A stretch of DNA of 64,000 bases from the NCBI RefSeq assembly GCF_009914755.1, contig NC_060941.1, one strand, 5' to 3'. A program made the translations under genes and the position numbers. The DNA comes from the human T2T-CHM13v2.0 reference genome, Homo sapiens. The notes under the pieces were generated by a model. It was not told the origin of the DNA. It searched no databases and worked only from the letters and a program-made list of their open reading frames with translations. Positions 39,113 through 56,227 of the stretch are shown piece by piece. Within the stretch, counting starts at the first letter, position 1; each line of letters starts with the position of its first letter.

Positions 39113-40062
39113 ACCTTGCAGAAAGCGTAGGCTGTGTAGCTGAGTGAGCCCAGCCAAGAGAGCTGCAGCCGCCAATGGCCTCACCTGCTACTGCATCTGT
39201 TCACCTGTGGGACTGTGCCTCGAAGGCTATGCCCAAGCTCCCACTCCCCATCTCCAAGATCTCAGCCCAGAACCCGCTCTCCGTTCATCCGCTGCCCCAA
39301 ATTTTGTGTCACATGATCCCTTCCCAAATGCACCAGATAGACAGAGGAGGCTGGGGAGCCATGGGCTCAGCTGCCCGGCCCCCTCCCCAGGTGTCCTTAT
39401 TCTTGGTTCAAGGTTGAGGAATCTTGGAACATGACGAAAGTCTTAGCAAGTTACTCAACTCAAACTTTCACACTGCACAACAAGCCTCTCTGTAACTTCC
39501 CTGACCACTGGTCACCACAACTCTGCTTGAATCCTTTCAGTGACAGGGAGCTCAGCCCACTGCATGACTCAAATGCTTACGACTTCAGCTTTCATTCTCT
39601 GATCTAAGATCTTGCTCTACAACTCGGTAGAGGCAAGGGGGAAGATGAACAAAGTCCACTGTGACTAGTGAACCATGAGCCATGCTCCTACCATATGCTG
39701 TGATTCAACCCCCAACCCCAGGCCCTGCTCTCACCACAGACATGCACGTCTTCTACACCTCTCACTGCAATTCTCTATAATTTATCACATCGATTTTATA
39801 GTATATTTTTCGTTAACCTCACATTTGTACATCCAGGCTCCATGAGCTCTTTGGCTATTTTTACTGTTGTCCAGACAGAATAACTAACATTCATTGAGAG
39901 CATACAATATACTAGGCACCATTCTAAGCATTTTACATGTATTCACTTAGCCTATCTTCCCAAAACTCCAACGTCTAGCAGCCACTAAGGAGCTGAGTCA
40001 GAATTTAAATCCAGTTTCTTTAGGGATTTATCTTTCCTCTTCTACCTGAAGAATGACCTGTT

Positions 40063-40265
40063 CTTTTATTATTATTATTATTATACTTTAAGTTCTGGGT
40101 TACATGTGCAGAACATGCAGTTTTGTTACATAGGTATACACATGCCATGGTGGTTTGCTGCACCCATCAACCCGTCACCTACATTAGGTATTTCTCCTAA
40201 TGTTATCCCTCCCCTACCCCCCACCCCCCACAGGCCCCGGTGTGTGATGTTCCCCTCCCTGTTTC
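40063..40265 (-). mobile_element. 5'-truncated L1PA 3' end
   Basis: ttattatactttaagttctgggttacatgtgcag...; TSD acctgttctttt. Confidence 0.92.
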
Positions 40266-40734
40266 TATGAAACAACCTGTTCTTTTGGTATGGATTCCTC
40301 CATATCCCTGATTCAGAGAGTGTTCGGACCCAAATGTGCTCAATGACTCAATAAGAATCCACACCTGAACCAAAACATTCTCCAAAGTTTCCAATATGGG
40401 CATCAAAATCCCCACGGTCTGGGCCAAAAAATTCCTACATCCAGGCTCCATGAGCTCTTTGGCTATTTTTACTGTTGTCCAAACAGAATAACAACTAACA
40501 TTCATTGAGAGCATACAATATACTAGGCACCATTCTAAGCATTTTACATGTATTCGCTTAGCCTATCTTCCCAAAACTCCAACATCTAGCAGCCGCTAAG
40601 GAGTCGAGTCAGAATTCAAACCCAGTAAGTCTGACTCCAGAACTTATTCTCTGAACTCCAAATCTATACCATTTCTATATTGTGACATCTTTCAGGACAG
40701 TGGTGGCTTTTCAAATATGCATACCGTTCATCTA

Positions 40735-43332
<2,598 letters not shown>

Positions 43333-43355
43333 TATTCATGTCCTTTATCACCTGA

Positions 43356-43655
<300 letters not shown>

Positions 43656-43659
43656 ATCA

Positions 43660-43990
<331 letters not shown>

Positions 43991-44178
43991 GAAATGACCA
44001 GGGAGCTTGGACTGTCACAATTTGTATTTCACAGGGTTTTTGAGACCAAGTTGCACATTTTCCGAGATGATCCCAATGTGCAGTGTGGCTTATACTAATG
44101 AACTAATGAATCCTGGCATCCTTGTTTTGGTGAGACCACAGGGTATAACTACAGGTTATGGCAGTATCTCATCTGAAA

Positions 44179-44214
<36 letters not shown>

Positions 44215-44447
44215 CCCCTGGCAATTACCCGGGGAACAAACAGGAGATCCTAGGAAAGGCAATGGAAATTTGGAAGGCAAGTCTTGGCCGGGCCTCACTT
44301 TCTTTATCCAAGGTGGTGGAAATGACCTCTCTCTGGGCAGGCAGATCTGAAGACCTGAGAAAAACCAAACCTCAAACTCTACCTCTAAAGACATGGAACT
44401 AAGTAAGAACCTAGCCCTGGAGCCAGACAGGGACTCTCCCTGGAGAA

Positions 44448-44791
44448 CAGCAGTTCCCAACCTTTTTGGCACCAGGGACTGGTTTTATGGAAGATAATTT
44501 TTCTACACATAGGAGGTGGGGGGTAGGGGGTGGTTTCAGGATGAAACCGTTCCACCTCCGATCATCAGACATTAGATTCTCATAAGGAAGGCGCGACCTA
44601 GATCCCTCACGTGTGCCGTTCACAACAGGGTTCTCGCTCCTGTGAGAATCTAATGCTGCTGTTGATCTGGCTGGACTCAGAGCTCAGGCAGTAATGCTCA
44701 CTTGCTCACCACTCACCTCCCACTGCATAGCCCAGTTCCTAACAGGCCACAGACCCATACTGGTCTGCTGCCCAGGGGTTGGGGACCCTTG
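44448..44791 (+). mobile_element. MER1B (hAT-Charlie) MITE
   Basis: ccaacctttttggcaccagggactggttt...attagattctcataagga...gggttggggacc; ~340 bp. Confidence 0.9.
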
Positions 44792-44932
44792 CGGTAGAGG
44801 GTCCCAAGAGGTTAGCAAGCGCCAGTGGGCTCTGAGGGCTGCCTTTGCCATGGTCAGCTGATATCCTTCTCTCTTTGTTATTTACTATATTTGCTCATCC
44901 TCATACCTTGAATAAAATCTCACTGGCAGTCA

Positions 44933-45260
<328 letters not shown>

Positions 45261-46874
45261 CACTGGCCAGCTGGCCTCAGAAGGTCTGTAAGGCAGTAAA
45301 GGCATGATTTGCGCTACAGAGGAGTTAGGAAAGCTGGCCCACTAAGGCCAGCACAGTGGTGGGACCCACTTATATGATTGCTAGTGGTTTATATAGCTTT
45401 CATGCTGGACCATACAAAACGACCTCATATTTGTTTCCCCAGGAGGGCTGAATCTCCTTGAAGGCACGTGTCTCCTGGTTTTATGTGTACGACAGGGCCT
45501 TCCCTACTGGAAAGGGCACAACCAATTCACTAAGATTGACTTGAGCAAACCTCACCAAGGCAGAAACCGCTAGGTGAGCCTGGTCTCCTGGGGGAATAGA
45601 GCAGAGACTTCTGGCTCACCACATCTAAGAGCTGTAAGAGACCATATCATGCACTTCTCTCCTCTGCCATCCTCCCGGAATGCCTCTGCCTCCCAGCAAG
45701 CTCATGGTGAGTTTGTGTAATCAAGAAGTTGGCAGACAGAGAGAGTGAATTCTGTTTCAGAGACCTAAGCTGGGAGTTGCTGGCAAATCCCTGAACATCC
45801 AGCTTCAAAATGTTACGACCCTCAAAATCACGTTGCAACTCTGAAAATCATGTTTCCTTGAGACAACTGATTTAATTTTCAGATATGCAGAGCTATTTTC
45901 TTTCTCTGGACTCAGGAGGGAAAATACACCAGAGAGAAGAAAGCAGAACAGAATGCTAGCATACCTGCCACCCAGAAAGGAGACGGAGGGTTGAACAGGA
46001 AAAAGCAAATGCAGGTCGAGTGGAGCATATCCCTGATTCCTTTCTTTAGGGAAGTGTTACATGGGCCCCATCCCAAAGGTTAGCGCTGTTCTGTACTTCA
46101 CGCAGGTTCAAAGCCCAGTTCCACATCTTCCTCCTAACCCTTTCCTTCTCGAAGGCTGACTATTCCAGTAACTGCTGTCAATTTCCTCCCAGCTTCACAG
46201 GCTCAAATCCAGCCTTCTGTTCCTTATTAGGCACTTTTAGTAACAGGCAAAAGGTTGACATGGGAGTGAATAAATGCAAAGGACTCCTAAAGATCCCAAG
46301 CACTCAAAACCAACGTGCCACCCTGTTGCATCCCCAGAAGGAGCTTCTGCAAAAATAACTGCTGCAAAACAAAGCAAAATAATAATATGAAAAGCGCCCA
46401 GGCTGTGTGGCTTCAGGCACAGACTCTTAAATCTTCGACAAATAAAAGCCTGGCAGGAATATCCTAATGAAGGCTGCTGCTACCCAAGCCACTTGTCTGT
46501 TCTTTCTGTTTCCCTAAAGCACATTAAAAACACATTTTCCAGTTTAATAGACTTATGAGCTGAAATGAATGTGTCAGAATGCTTATAAATATGATAGAAC
46601 CTGCTAACCAAGCAAATGTTAAATTTTGCATAAGGAGACTGTATCCCTAACTCCTCAGTAGATACTTAATGAATATTTCAAACAAAGCACCCCAGCAGCT
46701 GCTCTAAGGGCTCCAGATGAATTAAGTGGACTTTTATTACTGCCAGGACTCGTCCTCTTGCTTCCTCTCATTTTATCCATCTTCCTCCTTTGTATAAGAC
46801 AAACATGGCGCCTCAGACGAACCAAGCTCCTGAAGTCTGGTCACGGAGTGATCAGAGTATGGGGTTGGTCAATG

Positions 46875-47587
<713 letters not shown>

Positions 47588-47824
47588 GTACAAGATAACC
47601 ATCCCTTCTCTGAAGGGACCAGAGTGTTTCAGATTTTTCAGATTTTGGAATATTTGCATTATTTTACTGGCATCATTTACCAGTTGAGCATCCCAAATCT
47701 GAAAATGTGAAATCCAAAATGTTCCAAGGAGCATTTCCTTTGAGCATCATGTCAGCGTTCAAAAGGTTTTGGATTTGGGAGCATTTCAGATCTTGGATTT
47801 TCAGATTTGAGATGCTCAATATGT
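47588..47824. mobile_element. Tigger4/MER46-like MITE
   Basis: gttgagcatcccaaatctgaaa...ttttcagatttgagatgctcaa inverted motifs. Confidence 0.8.
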
Positions 47825-48044
47825 ACTTTGTTGTGACAGCAACAGGAAACTTACACAGTCAGGAGAGAACTTCTACACATTCAGATGTGTATTGCAATTA
47901 TTTCCCCAGAAGTTAACTGAGCCGACTGTTTCAGGTGACAGTGGAAGCGGTCATCCCTTTAACGGTGCCATCCCTTTAACTTCATGATAGCATAGATGTA
48001 CACCTGCCAGCAGTCTTAAAAGATCAGACTTAGAGCCATCTGAC

Positions 48045-48344
<300 letters not shown>

Positions 48345-48584
48345 TGACTTTCTTTCTCGCTGCACTCTTTGAGTAACTTTTCAACTTCATTCTACTCTTT
48401 TTTCATCCTGCATAGTCTGCATTCCCAGCCCATGCAGGTATGAGGCTAACGTAAGGAGGCAGCCATGCAGTGAGAGAATCTAGAAGGCAGAAACAAAGAG
48501 AACTCCTTTCTCCTGACACCTGGAATTCCTTGAAGCTAACTACTATCTCTGGAAGACAACTTCTCAAAAAATTGTTCAGCGCAA

Positions 48585-49240
48585 CTATGGCCTGAATCAC
48601 GTCCCCCGCTTCAAATTTCTATGTTGAAGTCCTAACGCCCAGTACCTAAGAATGTAACTGTAAGGGAGATAGGATTTTTAAAGTGTTAATAAGGTTAAAA
48701 TGAGGTCATTAGAGTGGGCCCTAATCCAATATGACTGGTGTCCTTATAAGAAAAGGAGATTGGGACACCGACAGGCACAGAGGAAAGACCACGCTTTGGG
48801 AGGCCGAGGTGGGTGGATAGCTTGAGCCCAGGAGTTCAAGACCAGCCTGGGCAACACGGCAAAATGCCATCTCTACAAAAAAATACAAAAATTAGCCAGG
48901 TGTGGTGGCGCACTCCTGTAGTCCCAGCTACTCCGGGGGCTGAGGTGAGAGGATAGCTTGAGCCCAGGAGGTTGAGGCTACAGTGAGCCATGATCGCACC
49001 ACTGCACTCCAGCCTGGGTGACACAGTGAGACTCTGTCTCGATAAAAAGACAGACCATGTGAAGCCACAGGGAGACGACAGCCATCTACCAGCCAAGGAG
49101 AAAGGCCTCAGAAGAAACCGACCAATCTTGCCAACTATTAGTCTTGGACTTCCAGCCTCCAGAACTGTGAAAAAAATAAATTTCTGCAGTTTAAGCCACC
49201 CGGTTTGTGGTATTTTGCTACAGCAGCCCTAGCAAACACA
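48585..49240 (+). mobile_element. MLT1B-like solo LTR with a truncated AluJ (48793-49046)
   Basis: tatgttgaagtcctaac...gggccctaatccaatatgactggtgtccttataag...cagccctagcaaac. Confidence 0.88.
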
Positions 49241-49613
49241 TGTAAGTGCCAAATTGCCTCTAGCCTCATGCCACATGAAAATTTGCTCTGAAATTACTGC
49301 CTGGCTTAGAAAATCAGGACTGTGTTTTTTTTTTTTTTTTAAAAGGCAGAAGCAGATAAAGTGCTATTTGAGTGCTCCATATTAGGCCAAATAGAACACT
49401 CTTCAGAAGCAAAAGACTCTATAAAGCGTACCCACCCTGATAATGTTCCCATGAGCTAGGACACTAACGGTCTCATGCTGCCTGCACAGATCCCTGTCCA
49501 AGAAGGTATCTCTGCATTGTTTATTTAATATCCAGATGCGAAAAAGCTTCTGGCAGTTATTATTATTGAGCCCTTTGCCCTCCTGCAAAATATTTTTGTG
49601 CGGCACATTTTAA

Positions 49614-49955
<342 letters not shown>

Positions 49956-51577
49956 ATTCTCACACTTCAAATGAAGAAACCCAGGTTACGGGTCTTAGCC
50001 CAGAAAGGAGGTAGCAGCCAGGGCCTACCTATTTTTCAGTTCCTAGATAACTCCTCTCAATTGGGCCAGGACAAGATTTTAAAGTCTCCCCTAACCAAGC
50101 AGGTACAGGGAAAAAAATAAATAAATAAAACTCTGATTGCCAAAACCACATGCCAAGAAATTATATCTACATGAACTGTTGTGAAAATACTCTTTCATTT
50201 TTAGAGATCTTACCAATAAAAAGTCAAAATTAATAACATCTCAGAGACTTCCCCAAACACATTATTTCGGAAACCTAGTTATAAACACTCAGAATTTCTC
50301 CTAGGAGTTACACCTCACTCTCGATCAAATTTAAGATCACTAAATTTGACTGGAAATATCAGTGACAAAAGGAACATGTCCTTCAGGAAGACATGGAAAG
50401 TTAGAAGATACAGAAAAAGAAAGGTAATAGGAACCATGAAGCTGTTTAAATAAGTCATCTTTGCTTCCGTAGGCTTAGGCTATTCCAAGCAGTTTTAGCG
50501 CCAAGGAAACTTGGGAGTGGAATGTACGTGGCTGAGCTTATAGCGAGAACCAGCTGCTTCAGAGAAGAGATTGCATCCCACACTGCCTGGCTGCCCTCCC
50601 TAAGCCCCACACATTATGTCTAAAAAAATGCAATCCTCCAAAGCCTAGCCAGTGTGAAAACCCACCTATTGGGTTCATTGTTGAACTAGAGAAACCGTTC
50701 CCAGTCAACAGACAAACACGTAAGCAGTAGTAAAACATGAAGTCAATGGGCCAATACCTCCCTGTTCTTCAGTTCATCAAATCTTTTTCCAAAGGCACCT
50801 AAGGGAGGATGTTTAACAGGGAAAATGGGAGAAAGGGATGATTCCAAATAAAAGACTGAAAGAGGACACTGTGATACCTGGAGAAGAGAGAGTGTCTTGA
50901 GGTGGAAGAAGGGGATCAAAGAGCAACTGAACTCCATCGTGTTCCCGAACAGGACAAGCCCTGGGGTTGCTGATCCGGGGTTGGGCACTTGAGAAGCTTG
51001 AGCTAGAAAGGAAAATCATCTCCTGCAAGACCATTTCCACAGGAAGAGTGCCACGCAGCACATCAGAAGCAGAACCAATAAGGAATTCAAGATTTTAGAG
51101 TAGAAAACAAAGACACTCAGCTAATGGCCAGTGACTGCAGTTCTACAATCTATAATCCACTTGACACGAGCTTGGCATCAGTTTCATTTTGCAAAACATG
51201 GCTTTGATAATTGCATCAGATCTGCAAGGCTGTGTAGGCAGAATTCTTATTGCCAAGTGAATTTTCCTATAAGAATAGGGCATTAAGAGAAAAATCTGTT
51301 TCTTACCTGAGTGTCGTATGGCTTACGCTTCCCTGACTTGAGTACCCATTCACTTTTTCCCCCAACACTTCAGAAAGATTTACAGAAAATGCACAGATGG
51401 CACCTCACAACTGAATAATCTCCTAAAGTAAATCCACCTCTTGCTCTACCAGAAAATAATGCCTTCTCCTGGTCTTTCCACAGATACACAAAATGATAGG
51501 CAATTCTCCTATGCTAATAGACCGATGAAATTCACCAATAATAATAGTGATGACAAAGTTCACTAGTGAAGAGTATC

Positions 51578-52056
51578 TATAACTGCATCAGACCAATCTG
51601 GTTCAACTTTTATGTAACAAAGCTGTGAGCTGCTTTTCAGTTGCCATGGACCCTCAGGTCATGTAACCTAAGCATGCTCAGATGAACCAAGTGTACAACC
51701 ACAGGGGGAACCTAAGTGCTGGGACAGAGGAGTGGGACTGAATTAAGAAGCAGACACCACATGGCAGGATCCAGGATCCAATGAGATTGAACTCTGGCAT
51801 CACCCCATGACAGGATCCAATCAGATAATGCCTCCTAACGTCACCTCATTGCAAGATCCGATCAGATCACACCTCATTACTTATGCTTATAAAACCCAAC
51901 CCAACCCCCAGCTCAGGGAGACAGATTTGGGCATTCCCTCCTGTCTCCCTGCCAGTTGACTTGACTCCCAATAAAGCTGTTCTTCTCTCAAAAGCCAGTG
52001 CCACGGTATTGGCCTCTGTGTGCATCGGGCAGCAAGCCCACTGATGCTTGGTAACA
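51578..52056 (+). mobile_element. ERVL solo LTR (LTR32/LTR47-like)
   Basis: t(a)taac...gtaaca termini, repeated gatccaat boxes, TATAAAA at 51888, AATAAA at 51970. Confidence 0.85.
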
Positions 52057-52310
52057 TTTCAACTTCCTCCCCCAGAACATACTGCATATTTAAATGGGGA
52101 AATTAACAATTAGTAAGAGAATCAACTGATTCACTTTTAACTACCTTCTCTTTAGCCTACAGAGGATGCTATGAAGAAAAGAAAAAAAACTCAACTTGAC
52201 AGCTGAGTGGGGACAACTGAGACAGAGAAGCCCAAGATCTTGAACAACACTGGGTGTATGCAGCCATCTGGGGTGTGATGAAATATAACTTATAGTCCCT
52301 TGCCTTTCGA

Positions 52311-52340
52311 ACACACACACACACACATACACACACACAC
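52311..52340. repeat. (CA)n microsatellite
   Basis: Read directly. Confidence 0.9.
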
Positions 52341-52822
52341 AGACTTTGCATAAAATGCAAGAGGCTCGTGAGTCCTTTGGTACTCATGCATGGAGCCCAG
52401 ACATAAAGAACTCCTGGCCTCATTTCTAGAATTTACTCAACAATATAACTGTCCACAGAGATGTAGATACTAAAATGCTCTGTGCCACATTCTTTGCAAT
52501 AGCAAAGCATCAGAATTAACCTCATGGGCATCCAGAGAGGGCTAATTAGGTAGCATCATGGCCAATAACAAGAATGGGATGGATCTATGAGCACCTCAGG
52601 AAAAAAACACCCAAGGGTACCGTTAAGTGCAAAAACATATGATACAGAACAATGGGTCAGGTGTGATTATAGAAACATGATAATTCTGAAAGGATGCACA
52701 AGAAACTAGAAACGATGTTTGTGTCTGAGATGGGGGGACTAGACCATAAGGGATTTGAAGGTGGAAGAAAAATTACTTTTAACCGATGTCATTATATTTT
52801 TAATTAAAAGAAAGCTAATTGG

Positions 52823-52848
52823 AGATGGATGGATGGATGGATGGATGG
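52823..52848. repeat. (GGAT)n microsatellite
   Basis: gatggatggatggatggatggatgg. Confidence 0.9.
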
Positions 52849-53428
52849 GAGAGAGAATGAAAGAAAGAGAGACTGATAGATTTAAAGGAACTTCTTCTGG
52901 CCTACCTAAGTCCCAAAATATCCCCAGCCTTGAGAATAGCTGATATCAGAAAACATTGCACACTAAGACCTAAATAGGAAAGTATCTCATAAATGCTTTT
53001 CCCAGCTCAGGCTGCCGTCACTGCTGCTGCTCCTCAGAGCAGCTGAACTCCTCTCCCAGAGTGTGGCCTTTCTAGTTCTTCCTCTGGTCGAACCAATTAT
53101 GGGACATTACAACAGCAGCACCAATATGATGTTTTAAAGGCTAATGTTATTCACTAAATACCCATTAAACCCATCTCCTTGCTCCATTTACAGCAAGCTT
53201 AAGGGCAAATCCAGATGGTACAAATAATGCATATTCAGGCTCCATCTGCATGAAGCCAGTTATCAAATAGCCATTATCAGTTTTGGAGTCCTCAGGTGCC
53301 TGACACCCACAGGTGTGTCCAGGTGAGAAGAACAGCGACCTTTCAAGAGATGGCTGGGAGATCATCTCTGTGCTTCCCCAAGAGCTGCATTTGCTTTTGC
53401 AGCTGAACAGCTAGCAACGGTTACAAGG

Positions 53429-53441
53429 GTTGCTTGGTAAC
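53429..53441. promoter_or_regulatory. RFX X-box-like site GTTGCTTGGTAAC within a half-site cluster
   Basis: Flanked by agcaac, gttac and ggtaac half-sites within ~40 bp. Confidence 0.45.
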
Positions 53442-54815
53442 CCGGTAACAGGCTGTGCCTAGTGTTCTTGAGCAGGGGGACTGGGTTACATCTCCCTCCC
53501 ACACACCTCACTCCGCTACCACTTAACTCTGGGTTGGCCAAGAAGACCCAGCAGTACCCAGAGGCTGTCCTGCAGAGCCAACTCCCCTGACCCCGTCCCG
53601 GCTGTGACTCCATTGGAAAATGTCCATCCAAGGGCTTGCCAATGTTTACCTTTTTTGACTGACAGGCACTGAATTCACTGTACCACCTTCCCCCGACCCC
53701 ACCAGCCCATGGCCCTGAAGATAGAAAAATCAGATAAAGTCTGGCCAACTTTTATACCCTAGAGAAGACTCACAATCAGGATCATAAGGTCTTCAAAGGG
53801 GAACCCAGGAGCCCAGCGCAGTCATGTTAGTGAAAATAGACAGAAAAGGCCTGTGGCCTTGTGTTCAGAACTCAGCATGAAAAATGACAAGTTTTACTTG
53901 AATACAGTGCTCTACTGTGTCACCAGACAGTCCTTGACTATGTTCCAGTAAAAAGAGAAGATGATACCTAAAGCGTTCTGATGGGTATAAGTGACAAGTG
54001 TGATTGGAGGCAGGAGGAAGATTTGTCATTCTAACCCTCTATGATTTAAGCTCACATTGGATGAAATTTTTATTTCCTGGTTCCATCCCACGTAGGAAGT
54101 TGTGGGCGGCAGTGAGGATTAACCCAAATGGAGAAGACATTTGAGTTCTCCATGAATAATTCATGCAGGACATAATCTGAACACAGATACCAGAGCCCTG
54201 GCTGCAGCATAGCTTTAACTTTTGTACATTTGCTCTCCCTAAGGGGTAGAGATCATCTTAGCATAGAGATGGCAAAAAGATTCAATTAAAATGCCAGCAT
54301 GGAAATGGGAAAGGACTGTTCTCCCTGAAATCACTCCTGTGAACACAGTGACTGGTCACCAATTTGTTTTTCCTTAATTCACTCAGGAGAGCACTCCACA
54401 TAAGCGAGGAGGGGCCCATTCTCCACAGCATCCTGGCATGGTTTTCGTCCCCGGGGTCTTGCAGGACTAAATGGGGAACTTCTATATAAATCCAAAGGGG
54501 AAAAAAAGGCATCCAACTCTCCTCATGCTCACTGGCCCTTAAACTAGCCAAGTGTCCTTAGTAAACAATGAGGGGCAAGAAGGAGAGGCGTCTGACCCCG
54601 AGGCTGGAAAACAATGTATTGCATTCCATCTTCAACAACTTCTCAAAGGGCAACAGCCCACTCTGCATCTCTCCCCACCCAGCTTCAGTAATTGCTGTCT
54701 GATTCCTCTTGAGGGACGCATTCCCTCTAACTCAGAGAAAAGGCATGACTATGCTGTCAGCATCTTTAGCTTTTCTGGCTCCAAATTGAATCAGTGAGAG
54801 AAACGTCCACAGTTG

Positions 54816-55169
<354 letters not shown>

Positions 55170-55506
55170 TCAGGGTTCATCAGAGAGGGGGACACTGAGG
55201 GACAAATGCTGGTACTCTCTAACCCAAAGCAGCCCCATCACCATCAGAGTGACCCCACTGTCCACCTGTCCAAGTCGAAAAGATGATCAAAAGGTACCGT
55301 TACCTTCTGTAGACTAAGCATGTGGTTTGGACAACAAATGAGAAATGAAGGTGCTGGGCCAGATGCCAGTTTAGCTCCATGCAGTAGTAGGGTGAGTGAT
55401 TCGGAGGGATAGGACAGTGCTGGCATTTCTCTCACTATTCATCCTACCACCAGCCCCCACGTCCATATTGCCTGACTCAGCTCAGTGTCTGCAGCAAAGA
55501 GCTTGC

Positions 55507-55651
55507 CTGAAAGAAGCCCAGCTCTACCTATCCGGATGGAAAGTTCACTCTCAGGGAAGAGCAGCGCGGGACCCTCAGGATCAGACTTCTTCTTCATCAA
55601 CGTAGAGCCGAAGTTCAGTGCCAGGGCCGTCTGGGGGTCTTCTGCTGCACC
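55507..55651 (-). CDS. SLC39A11: Same ZIP11 exon, long form (145 nt), adding GRAGLLS through a downstream GC donor
   Basis: In-frame 21-nt extension GTAGAGCTGGGCTTCTTTCAG ends at TCAG|gcaagc. This matches my recollection of ZIP11 isoforms that differ by the 7 residues GRAGLLS. Confidence 0.85.
55528..55651 (-). CDS. SLC39A11: Internal coding exon of zinc transporter ZIP11, short form (124 nt, GT donor)
   Basis: Translates to GAAEDPQTALALNFGSTLMKKKSDPEGPALLFPESELSIRI, which I recognise as ZIP11 residues ~103-143. Acceptor is cttcttgtttcag|GGT at 55652/55651 and donor is ATAG|gtagag at 55528/55527. Phase 0 in, phase 1 out. Confidence 0.96.
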
Positions 55652-55947
55652 CTGAAACAAGAAGCGGTAACATCACTAGAGCACCACTACTGTGTTAATT
55701 CCCCAGATGCTTCTGGCTCACGGGCGCCAAGGCAACTTGCCAGTCTCTACCAAGACCGCCACAGCTGAGCCAGTCCTCCGGCCAACCCAGTTGCCAGGCC
55801 ATGCTGGGTCTTCAGGAAGATGACAAACTTTCCAGGTATAGGACTTTAGTGGTTACAAAAAAGAAAAAAACAACACGATCTAAAAAGTCAGTGCTGATCC
55901 TAAAAATGGGGAAAATATATACCAGGAAAGATTGGGACCCAAACACC

Positions 55948-56227
55948 AAAACTCCACTGCAAGCGTCATCGCCGCACACACACAAAACCCCACTGCAAGC
56001 GTCATCGCCTCACACACACAAAACCCCACTGCAAGCGTCATCGCCGCACACATACCAAACCCCACTGCAAGCGTCATCGCCGCACGCACACAAAACCCCA
56101 CTGCAAGCGTCATCGCCGCACGCACACAAAACCCCACTGCAAGCGTCATCGCCGCACGCACACAAAACCCCACTGCAAGCGTCATCGCCGCACGCACACA
56201 AAACCCCACTGCAAGCATCATCACTGC
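55948..56227. repeat. 36-bp minisatellite/VNTR, ~7.8 copies (aaaaccccactgcaagcgtcatcgccgcacRcacac)
   Basis: Exact 36-nt period from 55948; the eighth copy starts at 56200. Confidence 0.97.

Noticed and set aside
38630-39184. 184-aa hydrophobic ORF with a signal-peptide-like start
   Set aside because: It has a non-ATG start, its hydrophobicity follows from a pyrimidine-rich strand, and I recognise no protein family or ZIP11 sequence.
44165-44212. Orphan poly(A) run suggesting a processed pseudogene end
   Set aside because: No recognisable upstream gene body, poly(A) signal or TSD.
51301-51450. Strong minus-strand donor CAG|gtaaga at ~51307
   Set aside because: The nearby upstream acceptors are weak, and isolated consensus donors are common in long introns.
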